Below are positions 1-9,764 of a stretch of DNA of 63,265 bases, piece by piece. Within the stretch, counting starts at the first letter, position 1, and every line of letters starts with the position of its first letter. The notes below the pieces were generated by a model, which saw nothing but the letters and a program-made list of their open reading frames with translations, did not search any database and was not told where the DNA came from. The stretch comes from a virus (Duplodnaviria > Caudoviricetes): positions 1 through 63,265 of the IMG/VR virus record IMGVR_UViG_3300009414_000002; one strand, given 5' to 3'. A program made the position numbers and the translations under genes.

Positions 1-123
1 AAAAGTCCAAGAAGCGCAAGATGTTGAAGAACAGTTTGCCGCTTGGTACGACAAGGGAATCATTGAACCGCCAGATCCGGGACTCGTTTCCCTAATCATC
101 GGCGCATCCCAGTCAAACATCGT
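1..123. repeat. Terminal direct repeat (left copy), probably circular-assembly overlap
   Basis: 1..123 is identical to 63143..63265; the join restores one continuous portal ORF. Confidence 0.95.
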
Positions 124-1615
124 ACCGCAGTGCATCGATGCAATCGCTCGCAATCAAGGCGGGTTTGGAATCGACATCGAGCCAACGTTTGACGATCCCG
201 ATACACCACCAGATGGGTCTGAAGACCAGAGGGAAATCCTCGAGAAGTTCGTTGCAACATCGTGCAGTCCGAGTACGTTCGAAAGCATCAGGGCGATGAG
301 AGATCGGGACCGCGAAGAACAAGGAAACGGGTATTTGGAGTTCAGAACCACCGTGGGCGGCGAACTTGCCGCAATGAACCACGTTCCCGGCTTCACCATG
401 CGAATGGCTGGACTGTCTGAGCCGATGGTGGTGGAAAAAGACTGGATGAACCCGAGAAACGGCAAAGTCCACAAACTCTCCAGAATCCATCGGTTCAGGA
501 AGTACGTCCAAGTTCCCGGCAACGTATACCCCGGAACAAAAGGCAAGTTCATTTTCTTCAAGGAGTTTGGAGATCCACGCTACTTGGACAAAACAACAGG
601 AGAGTGGTCCGAAAACCCAATCCCGATTGAGAGCCAAGCAACCGAAGTCCACCATTCAAAGCGCTACTGCTCCTTTTCAATCTACGGATTCCCCGCTTGG
701 GCATACATGGCACCTGAAGTCTCTTCGTTGAGGGAGTTCAGTGAACTGGTGTGGTACTGGTTCCGACAAGGTTGCATCGGGACGAAGTTGATTACGACTT
801 CCAATGGATACATCACGTCGAGGTCGAGGAAGAAACTCCAAGACGCACTGAACAATACGCGAGGGCTGCAGCAATCATTCGGAGTATTGTTTGCTGAAGC
901 AGTCGCAGCCAACCCAGAAGACCCTTGGGAAGACGACACGAGTGCTGGTAAGCGCCGTGGTAACGTTGTCCACGTCGATGATCTCCAAAGCGAACTCACT
1001 CACCGGTTGGTTTTGGATTACCAAAAAGCAATGCGACCAGTTGTTCGTTCCGCGTATCGGTTGCCGCCGACATACACTGGCGAAGCGCAGGAATACACCC
1101 GAGCGAGTGTCATTACGAGTCAAACGGTTGCTGAAGAGCAGGTGTTTTCGCCACTTCGCCGGGAAGACGATGCGTTTTTCAATGGCGAAATATTGTCTCG
1201 CCTTGGGGTGTGGCACTGGAAGATCAAGTCCCGTGGCCCACTTACGACAAACGATGTCGATGTGGCTATGGCAATGGCACCTTACACGCCGCTGTTGACC
1301 TTCCGCGCAGTGTCTCAAGCGGTGAAGGAACTTTCTGGAATTGAAATGCAGGTCCCAAATGAGCCGTGGACCAACTTGCCGCTGGAAGTTCTCAGGTCGA
1401 GATTGCGCTCAGGCGTTGAAGTGAACAAGCCGGTATCGGAAGGAGACATGATCTCGGATGAGGTCGTTGAAAAGTCCGCTTTGCGAGGTGATCGCGTCTA
1501 TCAACGCGCCGTTTCAATGATGCAAGGACAGCCGACATATGATAAGTCGGTCGATACGGAGCAGGGCGAGGAGATTTATCAGCACGTTCGTTCTTTGTTG
1601 GGACTCGACGACTGA
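1..1615 (+). CDS. Portal protein, PBSX/HK97-like (3' part; true start at 63042 across the circular join, ~571 aa)
   Basis: GNGYLE motif, AYRLPP C-terminal portal motif, position after terL; in frame with ATG 63042. Confidence 0.85.
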   Translation, partial: KVQEAQDVEEQFAAWYDKGIIEPPDPGLVSLIIGASQSNIVPQCIDAIARNQGGFGIDIEPTFDDPDTPPDGSEDQREILEKFVATSCSPSTFESIRAMRDRDREEQGNGYLEFRTTVGGELAAMNHVPGFTMRMAGLSEPMVVEKDWMNPRNGKVHKLSRIHRFRKYVQVPGNVYPGTKGKFIFFKEFGDPRYLDKTTGEWSENPIPIESQATEVHHSKRYCSFSIYGFPAWAYMAPEVSSLREFSELVWYWFRQGCIGTKLITTSNGYITSRSRKKLQDALNNTRGLQQSFGVLFAEAVAANPEDPWEDDTSAGKRRGNVVHVDDLQSELTHRLVLDYQKAMRPVVRSAYRLPPTYTGEAQEYTRASVITSQTVAEEQVFSPLRREDDAFFNGEILSRLGVWHWKIKSRGPLTTNDVDVAMAMAPYTPLLTFRAVSQAVKELSGIEMQVPNEPWTNLPLEVLRSRLRSGVEVNKPVSEGDMISDEVVEKSALRGDRVYQRAVSMMQGQPTYDKSVDTEQGEEIYQHVRSLLGLDD

Positions 1616-1672
1616 TTCACGGTTTGCCCCCCACTCGCAGCAACGCAAAGCACGGACGAGGTAATTTGTTCC

Positions 1673-2107
1673 ATGAGCATATCCGACCCACAAACACAGA
1701 GCCCAATTTCCAAACAAACGCTTTCAACATGGTCTGCAATCGCAATTGCCGGTTTTACCGCATTTAGCGCTTACATGGGCCAGAAAGATACGCAACATTT
1801 CGCCATGTCCTTTGAAGGCGGTCATTACGAAGCCATTGTGGATCTACGCAGCAAAGTGGATTTTCTTTTTACCAAGGTGGTTGCGTGTGAAGAAGCCGTT
1901 CGTCCACCCGGACCAGCACAGGAGTCCCCACCAGACCCAGATGCGGGGTCCACGTCCACCGTTGATGCTTCGACATCCCCGGATGCCAAAAGCGATCCCG
2001 TAAAACCGGTTCCAGAGGAAACATCACTTATTCCAGTTCAGCAAGTTGTCCCATTCGACTTGGACGACCTTGGCAGGCCAAAGTGGAAACCAGTCAAACG
2101 GAAATAA
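1673..2107 (+). CDS. Hypothetical protein with N-terminal hydrophobic helix and Pro-rich tail
   Basis: ORF with GAGG RBS; WSAIAIAGFTAFSAYMG segment. Confidence 0.55.
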   Translation: MSISDPQTQSPISKQTLSTWSAIAIAGFTAFSAYMGQKDTQHFAMSFEGGHYEAIVDLRSKVDFLFTKVVACEEAVRPPGPAQESPPDPDAGSTSTVDASTSPDAKSDPVKPVPEETSLIPVQQVVPFDLDDLGRPKWKPVKRK

Positions 2108-3009
2108 ATCCACCAAGAGGATCGTTTAGGGAATACGAACACTGGTTTTGGTCTGATGCCAAAGTGATGGCGTTTTCTCTGATTTCCAAAACGGATGAAG
2201 ACCCAACTCAAGCGGCTGGAGAGTCTCTTTATGAAGAGATGTGGTCGCTGTACAAGGCGTTTCTCGCTGCGGGCATAGCGACAGCAATTGCATACGCAAA
2301 GCGTCGTGGTTTGCACAAAACACTCCCAGAGGAGTTTGCGGCGATTGTTTCGTTGTCTTTCAAGGAGTTCCCAGAACAGCTTGTGGACCCAATGAAGCAA
2401 GCTCTTGGGATCGCAAACGCTGCAGGTCGCGCAACTGTTCCTGTCGCGGAGATCACGACTTCATTCAACATGGTTGACGCAAGGGCTGTTGATGCTCTTT
2501 CGCGTGGCATTCCGCTATGGGTAAGCGAAAAAATAAAACGAATGCGCCCCGAGATAGCTGATTTGGTCCGCAGGGAAGTTTTGGAGAAAGGTGTTCATCC
2601 AAGAGACTTGGTTCCGGCACTGAAAGACGCTCTCAATTTGAAACAAAAGCGTGACGATCTCTATTTCAGGTTTTTGGCTCACAACGCAGCAGCTTCAGCG
2701 CGGAATCTTGGGGTCATCCGGTCGATGGTCATGGTTGGCATTGAAACTTACATCATCTACACGCAACTCGATGAACGGGTTTGCCCGATTTGCGCTCCAA
2801 TGCACGGTCAGGTGTTTCGAGTGGAGCACGCCAAGACTCTTTTGCGTGCCATTGACATGGCGTCTAACCCAGAAGTGCTTGCAGATGTATGGCCTTGGCA
2901 TACTCGAACTTCCCCAAATCGCGAGTCCCCGGAAGACATTGTTAGTTTTGGTGGTCACGTCCCCCCATTCCACTTTGGATGCCGATGCTACATTTACGCT
3001 CAGCAATGA
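2083..3009 (+). CDS. Minor head morphogenesis protein (Mu gpF / SPP1 gp7 family)
   Basis: DERVCPICAPMHG and PPFHFGCRC motifs; follows portal. Confidence 0.85.
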   Translation: METSQTEINPPRGSFREYEHWFWSDAKVMAFSLISKTDEDPTQAAGESLYEEMWSLYKAFLAAGIATAIAYAKRRGLHKTLPEEFAAIVSLSFKEFPEQLVDPMKQALGIANAAGRATVPVAEITTSFNMVDARAVDALSRGIPLWVSEKIKRMRPEIADLVRREVLEKGVHPRDLVPALKDALNLKQKRDDLYFRFLAHNAAASARNLGVIRSMVMVGIETYIIYTQLDERVCPICAPMHGQVFRVEHAKTLLRAIDMASNPEVLADVWPWHTRTSPNRESPEDIVSFGGHVPPFHFGCRCYIYAQQ

Positions 3010-3148
3010 AATGTTTTGGTTCGCATACCGTATCGATACGGACTGCGCGTGGGTCAGGACAGTACAGAACAGTACAGCACATTCAACAATGTTGACCGCA
3101 GGCCCGATTGCGCGGTAGTGTACGGTAGTCTTATGGTAGCGCTAGTCT

Positions 3149-3703
3149 TTGTTGACGGGAGAGCTTCAACGCTATACGGTGCGTCACATGAGCATTGCTG
3201 ATTATGTCGTCTCGGATGCCAGAGATGGTAAAAAACAATCTGAAGTTACTGTAACGCTCCGTCTGAAAACGTCGGATGCAAAGCTGAAGCAGTACACTTA
3301 TGAAGTGTACACGCCGTTTGACCCAAATGATCCGGCACTCGATCAGATCGACAATCATGGGGAGTTCATGCTCCCATCTCATTTGACCAAACTTGCTCAT
3401 GACTTCATTTCAAACTGCCGCGTGGTGAAGATCGATCACCAAGGCGAAGATCAGTTTGTTGATGTGGTTGAAAGTTGGATCAATGATGATAGAGTTCAGT
3501 CGCCCAATTTTTACCCGAACGCATGGGTGATCACGTTGAGCGCCGCTAGGGCACCGGACATTGCTGAAAAGATTGAAAACGGGGAACTTCCCGCCGTTTC
3601 CTTCAGCGCACTTGTCCATGAGCAAGAAGTTCGAATTCCTAGTGCAGAAATCCCAGATGACCCGTATGGTGGTAAGTACGACCATACACTGGCAGCCGTC
3701 TAA
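3149..3703 (+). CDS. XkdF-like prohead serine protease domain
   Basis: EVYTP..D.HGEFM..AHDF..DH..VVESWI..W..KIENGEL..VS pattern typical of XkdF family; true start may be ATG ~3188. Confidence 0.75.
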   Translation: MLTGELQRYTVRHMSIADYVVSDARDGKKQSEVTVTLRLKTSDAKLKQYTYEVYTPFDPNDPALDQIDNHGEFMLPSHLTKLAHDFISNCRVVKIDHQGEDQFVDVVESWINDDRVQSPNFYPNAWVITLSAARAPDIAEKIENGELPAVSFSALVHEQEVRIPSAEIPDDPYGGKYDHTLAAV

Positions 3704-3704
3704 G

Positions 3705-5018
3705 ATGTCCAAAACGAGAAGTCAGAAAAGAACGGAATTCTCAGATGAGGATGGATTTCTCCGTCTTAAGCAACTCATTCCAATCATGGATGGGTCTGCT
3801 TTGGAACTTTCCTTGGTTGCGAACGGGGCGAACAATCGAGTTCTTGCCGTTGCGAAGAGGGATACCCCATCGGAAAGGTATCTCGCGACTGAAGTTAACA
3901 AAGCCAAGACCCCTCCCGAAGTTCAGGAAAAAATACGACTTCTCATCTCTGAGGGTCGATCTCCAGAACAAGCCACAGCTATTGCGTGGGATATGCACCG
4001 AGAGGGGAAACTTTCGACAAAAGCGGTGCTTGATGCCGTAGAGGATGACGGGCATATGTCTGACGATGCTTCCACTGAAGAAAAAGGTTGGCACGAGTAC
4101 GGAAAGAAGAAGAAGCCACGCGAAGAAGAAGACGTGGCTGAAAAAGGCGCAACCACGGAAGATTCGTTTGTTCCTTCTGAAGTTGACGACCCAGTCGGTG
4201 CTGGAACGGAACTCACCATTCCAATTCCTGTTGACAACCCTTCATGGTCAATGTCATTCAGGGGCAAGGTGAAGAACTTCATGAGTTCTTTGTTTTCGGG
4301 TTTTGAATCTGAGGCAAAAGAAAACATGATTCCTTTCGAGGAACTCTCTCAAGTTGAAGAAATCTATAAATCATTCGACAATGGATCTTCTTTACTTTGG
4401 GAAGTTACTCTCAATGTGCTTGCTTCCGATAATTATTCTCCAGAGAGTCGCTCCGTTTTCGTTTCGAAGGCGTGCGATGCTTTCAAGGATGATCTTTTGA
4501 GCAAGGTGGACTTCAGCGGACTATCTTCGGGCGCAGCCATTGCCATGTCTAAGGCAGTGAGCAAAGCCAGAGAGTTTGGTGGTCCTGATACTGTCATCAA
4601 CGTTTTGAAAAATTCTGTTGAGGAGGACGCGATGAACAAGGACGAGCTTACCGCCGCCATCTCGGAAGCAGTTAAGAGCCAAATGGAACCCATCCAGAAT
4701 GAGCTTGCGGCTGTTAAAGAAGAACTGTCTGCGGTGAAGAAAGCGTATGGGTTGCCTGACAATGCTCTCAGTGATCAGTTTGGTCATTTGATGGGAACTG
4801 CGGACGGCGCTGACCCAGAAAGCAAGATTTCCGGTGCCACTGCGGCGCAAGCAGTCAAGACCGATTTTGTTTCCAAGACCGATCTTGAAGCTGCAATGTC
4901 TCGGTTGGAAGGGATTGTGCTCGGCTCCAGTAGCCGAGAACCTGAAATTACCAACAAGACCCACAATGAGTTGACTTTGGCCGCTCTTGAAGGCGGGCCT
5001 TTCAACTTCCAAGGCTAA
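3705..5018 (+). CDS. Scaffold / protease-associated head protein
   Basis: ATG directly after the previous stop; ELSLVANGANNR motif like the XkdF-associated SLVDxPAN; acidic coiled-coil C-terminus; precedes the capsid gene. Confidence 0.6.
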   Translation: MSKTRSQKRTEFSDEDGFLRLKQLIPIMDGSALELSLVANGANNRVLAVAKRDTPSERYLATEVNKAKTPPEVQEKIRLLISEGRSPEQATAIAWDMHREGKLSTKAVLDAVEDDGHMSDDASTEEKGWHEYGKKKKPREEEDVAEKGATTEDSFVPSEVDDPVGAGTELTIPIPVDNPSWSMSFRGKVKNFMSSLFSGFESEAKENMIPFEELSQVEEIYKSFDNGSSLLWEVTLNVLASDNYSPESRSVFVSKACDAFKDDLLSKVDFSGLSSGAAIAMSKAVSKAREFGGPDTVINVLKNSVEEDAMNKDELTAAISEAVKSQMEPIQNELAAVKEELSAVKKAYGLPDNALSDQFGHLMGTADGADPESKISGATAAQAVKTDFVSKTDLEAAMSRLEGIVLGSSSREPEITNKTHNELTLAALEGGPFNFQG

Positions 5019-5038
5019 AGGCCTTTTAGGAGAAGACA

Positions 5039-6328
5039 ATGCCCACGAATGGAGATATTTTGCGGGAAACCAATCAGGTGATGAGCCAGATTGGAATTGC
5101 CCAGAAGGCCGATGGCGTAAACGAGACATCAGCGCTCACAGCCGGTCAGTTTTCAAATCGCGCACAGGTTGAGCGGCTTGTTGACTTGACGGTGAATCTT
5201 GGTGGTTGGACCAGCGATCTTACCCGATTCGTTCGGTCTCAGCGTGCTGGTCAGATTCCTCGAGCAACAATCACCGAGCCGGTGACTGAAGCAACGTCGG
5301 AAAACGTCCTTGCCGCCAATGATTACCAGCGCATTGAGCCGGATTTCCTCAGCTACAACTGCCAGAAGCTCCATGTGAAGTGGGCCGTTACGCTTGAAGA
5401 GATCCGCGAAGCCGCAGCGTCGGGAACCCCGATGATTGGAAACGCAATTCAGCAGATGATGGCAAAAGCCATGATCAATGATCTTGCGCGTCTTTTCGTC
5501 ATGGGAGACAACACGCTCGGCTCATCCACAAAAGAAAACCGCCTTCTGAAACGTTGGGACGGTGCTTTCAAGCAGGCAAAGACAAGCGCAAACGTTCGCT
5601 ACCCGACCACTGCGACGGGCAAAGCGTTCGATGGTGCCATGTTCGATGCCATGTATGACACCCTTCCCGACAAGTACAAGCATGACGATGGCTTGAACTG
5701 GTGGATGGCATCGCGGCTTGATCAGAGTTGGCGTCAGTCTTTGACGACACTCAACCAAGCTCCTGCCAGCCAAGTTCCAAGCAATCTTCGCGACTCCGTG
5801 ATTCAATCCCGAACCGGCCCGCCTCCGCTCGGAATTCCTCTCACGGTTCTCCCGCAGATCCCGACCAATGACAAAGGAACGACCTTAGCCATTGCACCCA
5901 CATCGGTAGCCGATGATGGTGACGGGACCTGCACTGTTGTTCTGACAACCTTGCTGTCCGGCTCGGACTTTTCGGGTCGCCGGGTCAAGGTGACGAACCT
6001 CACGACCGGTCAGTCCGAAACGCTAGTTGTGTCATATCCTGCCACTGTGAACACCATTTACACGGCAGGAAGTCTGGGCCAGTCGACCATTTCGACTGTG
6101 GCTGCCGACTACACCATTGAGCTTGCGGACATGACGTTCAGTATGCTTCTGAATCCCAAGAATATGTTCCTCGTATTCTGCGATCAGATTCGGTCGTACC
6201 GGGACTGGAACCAAGAGCTTGAGCGATGGGAAATCGACGTTCACTATGAAGTGGACTGGGGTTGCTTCAACTGGGATGCAGTTGTCATCCAGCATGGAGT
6301 TCTCCCGTCGTCAATGCTCTGGGAGTAA
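5039..6328 (+). CDS. Major capsid protein (HK97 fold, XkdG-like) with ~75-aa insertion
   Basis: Size and position, AGGAG RBS, ND.A.L...GD and ..DG..K motifs, C-terminal NPKN...I...R pattern. Confidence 0.85.
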   Translation: MPTNGDILRETNQVMSQIGIAQKADGVNETSALTAGQFSNRAQVERLVDLTVNLGGWTSDLTRFVRSQRAGQIPRATITEPVTEATSENVLAANDYQRIEPDFLSYNCQKLHVKWAVTLEEIREAAASGTPMIGNAIQQMMAKAMINDLARLFVMGDNTLGSSTKENRLLKRWDGAFKQAKTSANVRYPTTATGKAFDGAMFDAMYDTLPDKYKHDDGLNWWMASRLDQSWRQSLTTLNQAPASQVPSNLRDSVIQSRTGPPPLGIPLTVLPQIPTNDKGTTLAIAPTSVADDGDGTCTVVLTTLLSGSDFSGRRVKVTNLTTGQSETLVVSYPATVNTIYTAGSLGQSTISTVAADYTIELADMTFSMLLNPKNMFLVFCDQIRSYRDWNQELERWEIDVHYEVDWGCFNWDAVVIQHGVLPSSMLWE

Positions 6329-6338
6329 GGAGTAGCCA

Positions 6339-6875
6339 ATGGCTTCGCAACGCCTTTGCATTTATGAGTGTTTGGCCGCATCCAACATGGGAGCGGTCCG
6401 TGGCGAAACTCGTACCGTTGCAGAAGGTGGTGACGGTCAAAGGGACTTGGAGGCAAATCCAGCTTGGCAATTGGTCCGTGCAGTCGATCAGAATGATTAT
6501 GACGTTGCACGGAACCAAGCCATGTTGGAGGTCGAGATTCTTCGCGGGGAAATCTCTCGCAACGACAACGACAGCGCCAAAAAGACAATTGGGCGACTCA
6601 GTGACTACCTCACCGAGAAGTCCTCAAGTGCCGCAGCATCCAAGAGGGCAAAGAAAGAAGCTGAAGCAGCAACAAAGAAAAATGATGCTGAAAAAGCCTC
6701 TGAAGCCGCCGAAACGCCAGAATATGAGCTTCCGTCTCTGTCTCAAGTCGATGGCTTGAGAAAAACTGAACTCATAAGAGCACTTAGCAACTTGGGCGTT
6801 GCGGAGCCAGATGCAGCTACTCGTACCGTGAAAGAACTAAAGCGCGATCTCAAGGAAGCGCTGAACGACCAGTAA
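6339..6875 (+). CDS. Hypothetical protein with C-terminal Rho-N/HeH-like helical motif
   Basis: LRKTELIRALSNLGV...TVKELKRDL; AAGGAG RBS. Confidence 0.5.
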   Translation: MASQRLCIYECLAASNMGAVRGETRTVAEGGDGQRDLEANPAWQLVRAVDQNDYDVARNQAMLEVEILRGEISRNDNDSAKKTIGRLSDYLTEKSSSAAASKRAKKEAEAATKKNDAEKASEAAETPEYELPSLSQVDGLRKTELIRALSNLGVAEPDAATRTVKELKRDLKEALNDQ

Positions 6876-6896
6876 CTCTGGTTTTGGAGAATCGTC

Positions 6897-7454
6897 ATGC
6901 TGACACACAAGTTGAAGACAATTAGTCACTCCGACGCAGATGTGGGCGCTCGGTTTCAGGTATATGGGTTCCACATCACTGACGGCACTACACCAAGCAC
7001 CCAAGCCACCGGAGCGGGAAACCTCGCGGTTCGCGCAAACGTTGGTGAAGGGTACGTTGTGATCGATGGGCACTACCGTGAGCAGTTCCAGCCAATCATC
7101 GACAATAACATTGCCGCAGCATACGCTGCCGGTCTTGTTGCGGGTGGTGCTCGATATTTGAGCATTGCTGTGGTTGCGTGGCTGAACCGGCTTACCGGGA
7201 CAATCAACATCGGCACGTTCAAGGGCTCGCCTTCTACGACGGTTTTGGGTGGCATGGCATCGATGGCAACCATCTTGGGAGTGATTGGAACAGACAATCC
7301 GGCCATTGTCCTTGGTGACATCAACATGGATCGAACCGGAGACACGACCGTGACTCAAAGCGTGACTTACACTCGCCGGATTGGTTCTTTGTGGGACGGC
7401 ATTGTCTACAACGCCACTCCGTTTGCGGATACGAGCTTCACGGAAATGAACTAG
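6897..7454 (+). CDS. Putative virion structural protein
   Basis: GGAG RBS, Gly/Thr-rich, within the head cluster. Confidence 0.5.
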   Translation: MLTHKLKTISHSDADVGARFQVYGFHITDGTTPSTQATGAGNLAVRANVGEGYVVIDGHYREQFQPIIDNNIAAAYAAGLVAGGARYLSIAVVAWLNRLTGTINIGTFKGSPSTTVLGGMASMATILGVIGTDNPAIVLGDINMDRTGDTTVTQSVTYTRRIGSLWDGIVYNATPFADTSFTEMN

Positions 7455-7481
7455 TCTCCGCTATGACCTTGGAGGCTGGCT

Positions 7482-8216
7482 GTGGCGAGGAACTATGTAG
7501 GGGAGTATTTTGATAACCACGGCGCGCTTAGAGCGTTGTGTGGATTCTCTGCTTCGTCGCCAACGGATGACGATCTGACGACTGCGACTGCGCGGGCCGT
7601 TCAAATCGCTGAAAAAGCGATGGGCGGTCAGCGTGGTTTCGCTGAAACCAAAACATTGATTGTGTTTGGAAGCGGCGTTCGCGACCTGTACGTTCCGTAT
7701 CCGTTGTATTCGATCACTAGCATTGCTGAAGAGAACAAGTCTGGCTTGCTTACTGCAGGCGCCACGACTGGCTACACGCTTCTTTCCACCACCGTCATGG
7801 CAGATGGTGGCTGGGATGAGTTTCGCGTGTATCCGAGGATTGAAAAATACGACAGGACCAGTAAATGGAGCAACCATTTGCGGTATACCATTATTGGTTC
7901 ATGGGGTATGGTCACCGAAGACGGAACGACGCCTGAAGACATGAAACTGGCACTCGCCCGCCTCGTGGTTTTGAATAGCCATGTGGCTGGGGATGAAGAG
8001 GCGATCTTTCGGCGTAAACTTGGTAATATCGTCACCCACAGGGTTGGCGGTAGAACGGTCAGATTCAGGGGCTCATCGGTTGGCAAGTCGAATTTGATTG
8101 CCGAGCGTTGGGTATGGGAAACGCTGATGTCTTACCGCGTCGATCACATCAGCAGCTCTTCGAAGAGGATTGAAGACGTTCAGGCTTCTAGGCAGGAGCA
8201 AAGGAAAGGAATTTAG
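7482..8216 (+). CDS. Head-tail adaptor/connector (gp6/gp15-like)
   Basis: G.WG....PEDMKLALARLV motif; GGAGG RBS; position. Confidence 0.65.
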   Translation: MARNYVGEYFDNHGALRALCGFSASSPTDDDLTTATARAVQIAEKAMGGQRGFAETKTLIVFGSGVRDLYVPYPLYSITSIAEENKSGLLTAGATTGYTLLSTTVMADGGWDEFRVYPRIEKYDRTSKWSNHLRYTIIGSWGMVTEDGTTPEDMKLALARLVVLNSHVAGDEEAIFRRKLGNIVTHRVGGRTVRFRGSSVGKSNLIAERWVWETLMSYRVDHISSSSKRIEDVQASRQEQRKGI

Positions 8217-8218
8217 TC

Positions 8219-8545
8219 ATGGCAGCAACTAAGAAGCGCGTTCACTTGAATCAGAGCCGAGAGGTTCTTTTTAGTTTCAACTCCACCGGGAGAACAGTCC
8301 GACTGGCTTCAACGGAAGTTCTTGACGAATGCGAACTCGAGGAGTTGGATGATGCGTGGGTTGAAGCCATTGAAGACGTAGACCCGCCTGCACCCAAAGA
8401 GACAGAGAAGAAAGCATCTTCCAAAAAGAAGAGGCGAGCAAAGAAGAAAGACGGAACGTATGTCGCAGATGATCCCGCGACACCCGATGTGAACGAAGCG
8501 TGGGAAGACGGGAAAGGTCCAAACGCAAAGGACAAAGGTAAGTAA
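8219..8545 (+). CDS. Hypothetical protein with DGTYVADDPATPDVNEAW motif
   Basis: ORF with AGGA RBS; the motif resembles one I recall from small phage head-region proteins. Confidence 0.55.
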   Translation: MAATKKRVHLNQSREVLFSFNSTGRTVRLASTEVLDECELEELDDAWVEAIEDVDPPAPKETEKKASSKKKRRAKKKDGTYVADDPATPDVNEAWEDGKGPNAKDKGK

Positions 8546-8877
8546 TGGCTCGCTACGGAAGAAATGCAAATCGTACGACTAGGTCGGTCACCGGAACCAA
8601 TAATGTTGCTGAGACTGGGGCAACGGTAACGCTGACACGAGAGCTCTCAACCGCAACAGGCAAACCTGTCTTTGACAATTGCGCGTTGTACTACCAAAAC
8701 GTCGGCACCACTGATGACTCGGTTTATGCCGTTGTGGATGGAACATCGTTCACTGTGGCCGCAGGCACGGCAATCAAAGGCGTTGTGACTTCAGTTGGCC
8801 CACATCCAGATTCGTACATTGTTGAAGCAACCATCGCTTCTAGTGATTCAATCACTTGCACCCTTTTGGAGTGGTAA
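8545..8877 (+). CDS. Hypothetical, possibly virion protein
   Basis: Coupled TAATG start; beta-rich composition. Confidence 0.5.
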   Translation: MARYGRNANRTTRSVTGTNNVAETGATVTLTRELSTATGKPVFDNCALYYQNVGTTDDSVYAVVDGTSFTVAAGTAIKGVVTSVGPHPDSYIVEATIASSDSITCTLLEW

Positions 8878-8879
8878 AC

Positions 8880-9104
8880 ATGGATTCGGCCAAAAATGCT
8901 CTCAAGAGCAAAACGATTCTAAGCGGCATAGCAACGATTGTGGTGGCTGCCCTGATGATTGCCCAAGAAAACGGCTGGCTAGCGCTTCCAGAGGCCGTTG
9001 CGGGCTTGTTGGAGTATGTTCTCGTTGCCACCGGAGCCGGCGCTTGCTACGGCAGGGTCAAAGCAAACACGGTGATCGGAAAGCCCACCGGGGCAGATGG
9101 TTGA
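8880..9104 (+). CDS. Putative holin (2 TM)
   Basis: Two hydrophobic helices, KSKT motif, directly before the endolysin. Confidence 0.65.
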   Translation: MDSAKNALKSKTILSGIATIVVAALMIAQENGWLALPEAVAGLLEYVLVATGAGACYGRVKANTVIGKPTGADG

Positions 9105-9107
9105 TAA

Positions 9108-9749
9108 ATGACGCCCGAAGAGTACAACAAAGGAAAGCTCGAGTCGGGCGACATAGGACCTGAACACATTTCAATCTTGTCTGCATTCTGGCAACAGAAC
9201 CACGATTTGGAAGCGGACGGAATGTGTGGAGCGAAGACCATCACGTCTTTGCTGGAATCACTCCCGAAATCAGAATCTACAATTGGCGCACTCGCTCTTG
9301 AAATCGCAATTGGCGAAATTGGGAACGGGGAAGTTGGCGGCAACAACAGTGGTCCCCACATTGCCAAGTACAAAGGCATAAAAGACGACGGTGACGACGA
9401 CGACGATGGCGCTTGGTGCGCCAGTTTTGTTTCGTGGTGCTGTCTTGAAGCCGCCAAACGTCTGGAGATTGATCTCCCGTTCAAGACGAGTCATGGCGCA
9501 AAGAGGCTTTTGAGGAATGTGATAAAAAGTGGGGGTGGAAGGATTTCAGATCCAAAGCCCGGGGACATCGTGTGTTGGGACAGGGGAAGGCCGGGGTCAT
9601 GGCAAGGCCACATTGGTTTTGTTGAAAACTTGAAAAACGGAATTTTGTATACCGTTGAAGGCAACGTCGGACGATTCCCTTCAAGAGTCAGAAAGTTTCA
9701 GCACGATTTTGATCGGGAAACGCGCTTGGAAGGTTTTGCGAGATTGTAA
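9108..9749 (+). CDS. Endolysin: peptidoglycan-binding motif plus CHAP domain
   Basis: WQQNHDLEADGMCGAKT (PG-binding); AWCASFVSWC, GHIGFV and EGN (CHAP). Confidence 0.88.
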   Translation: MTPEEYNKGKLESGDIGPEHISILSAFWQQNHDLEADGMCGAKTITSLLESLPKSESTIGALALEIAIGEIGNGEVGGNNSGPHIAKYKGIKDDGDDDDDGAWCASFVSWCCLEAAKRLEIDLPFKTSHGAKRLLRNVIKSGGGRISDPKPGDIVCWDRGRPGSWQGHIGFVENLKNGILYTVEGNVGRFPSRVRKFQHDFDRETRLEGFARL

Positions 9750-9764
9750 GTTACAGGTAGTAAG

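Noticed and set aside
1-123. 123-bp terminal repeat as physical genome termini
   Set aside because: It interrupts the portal gene, so it is best explained as circular-assembly overlap.
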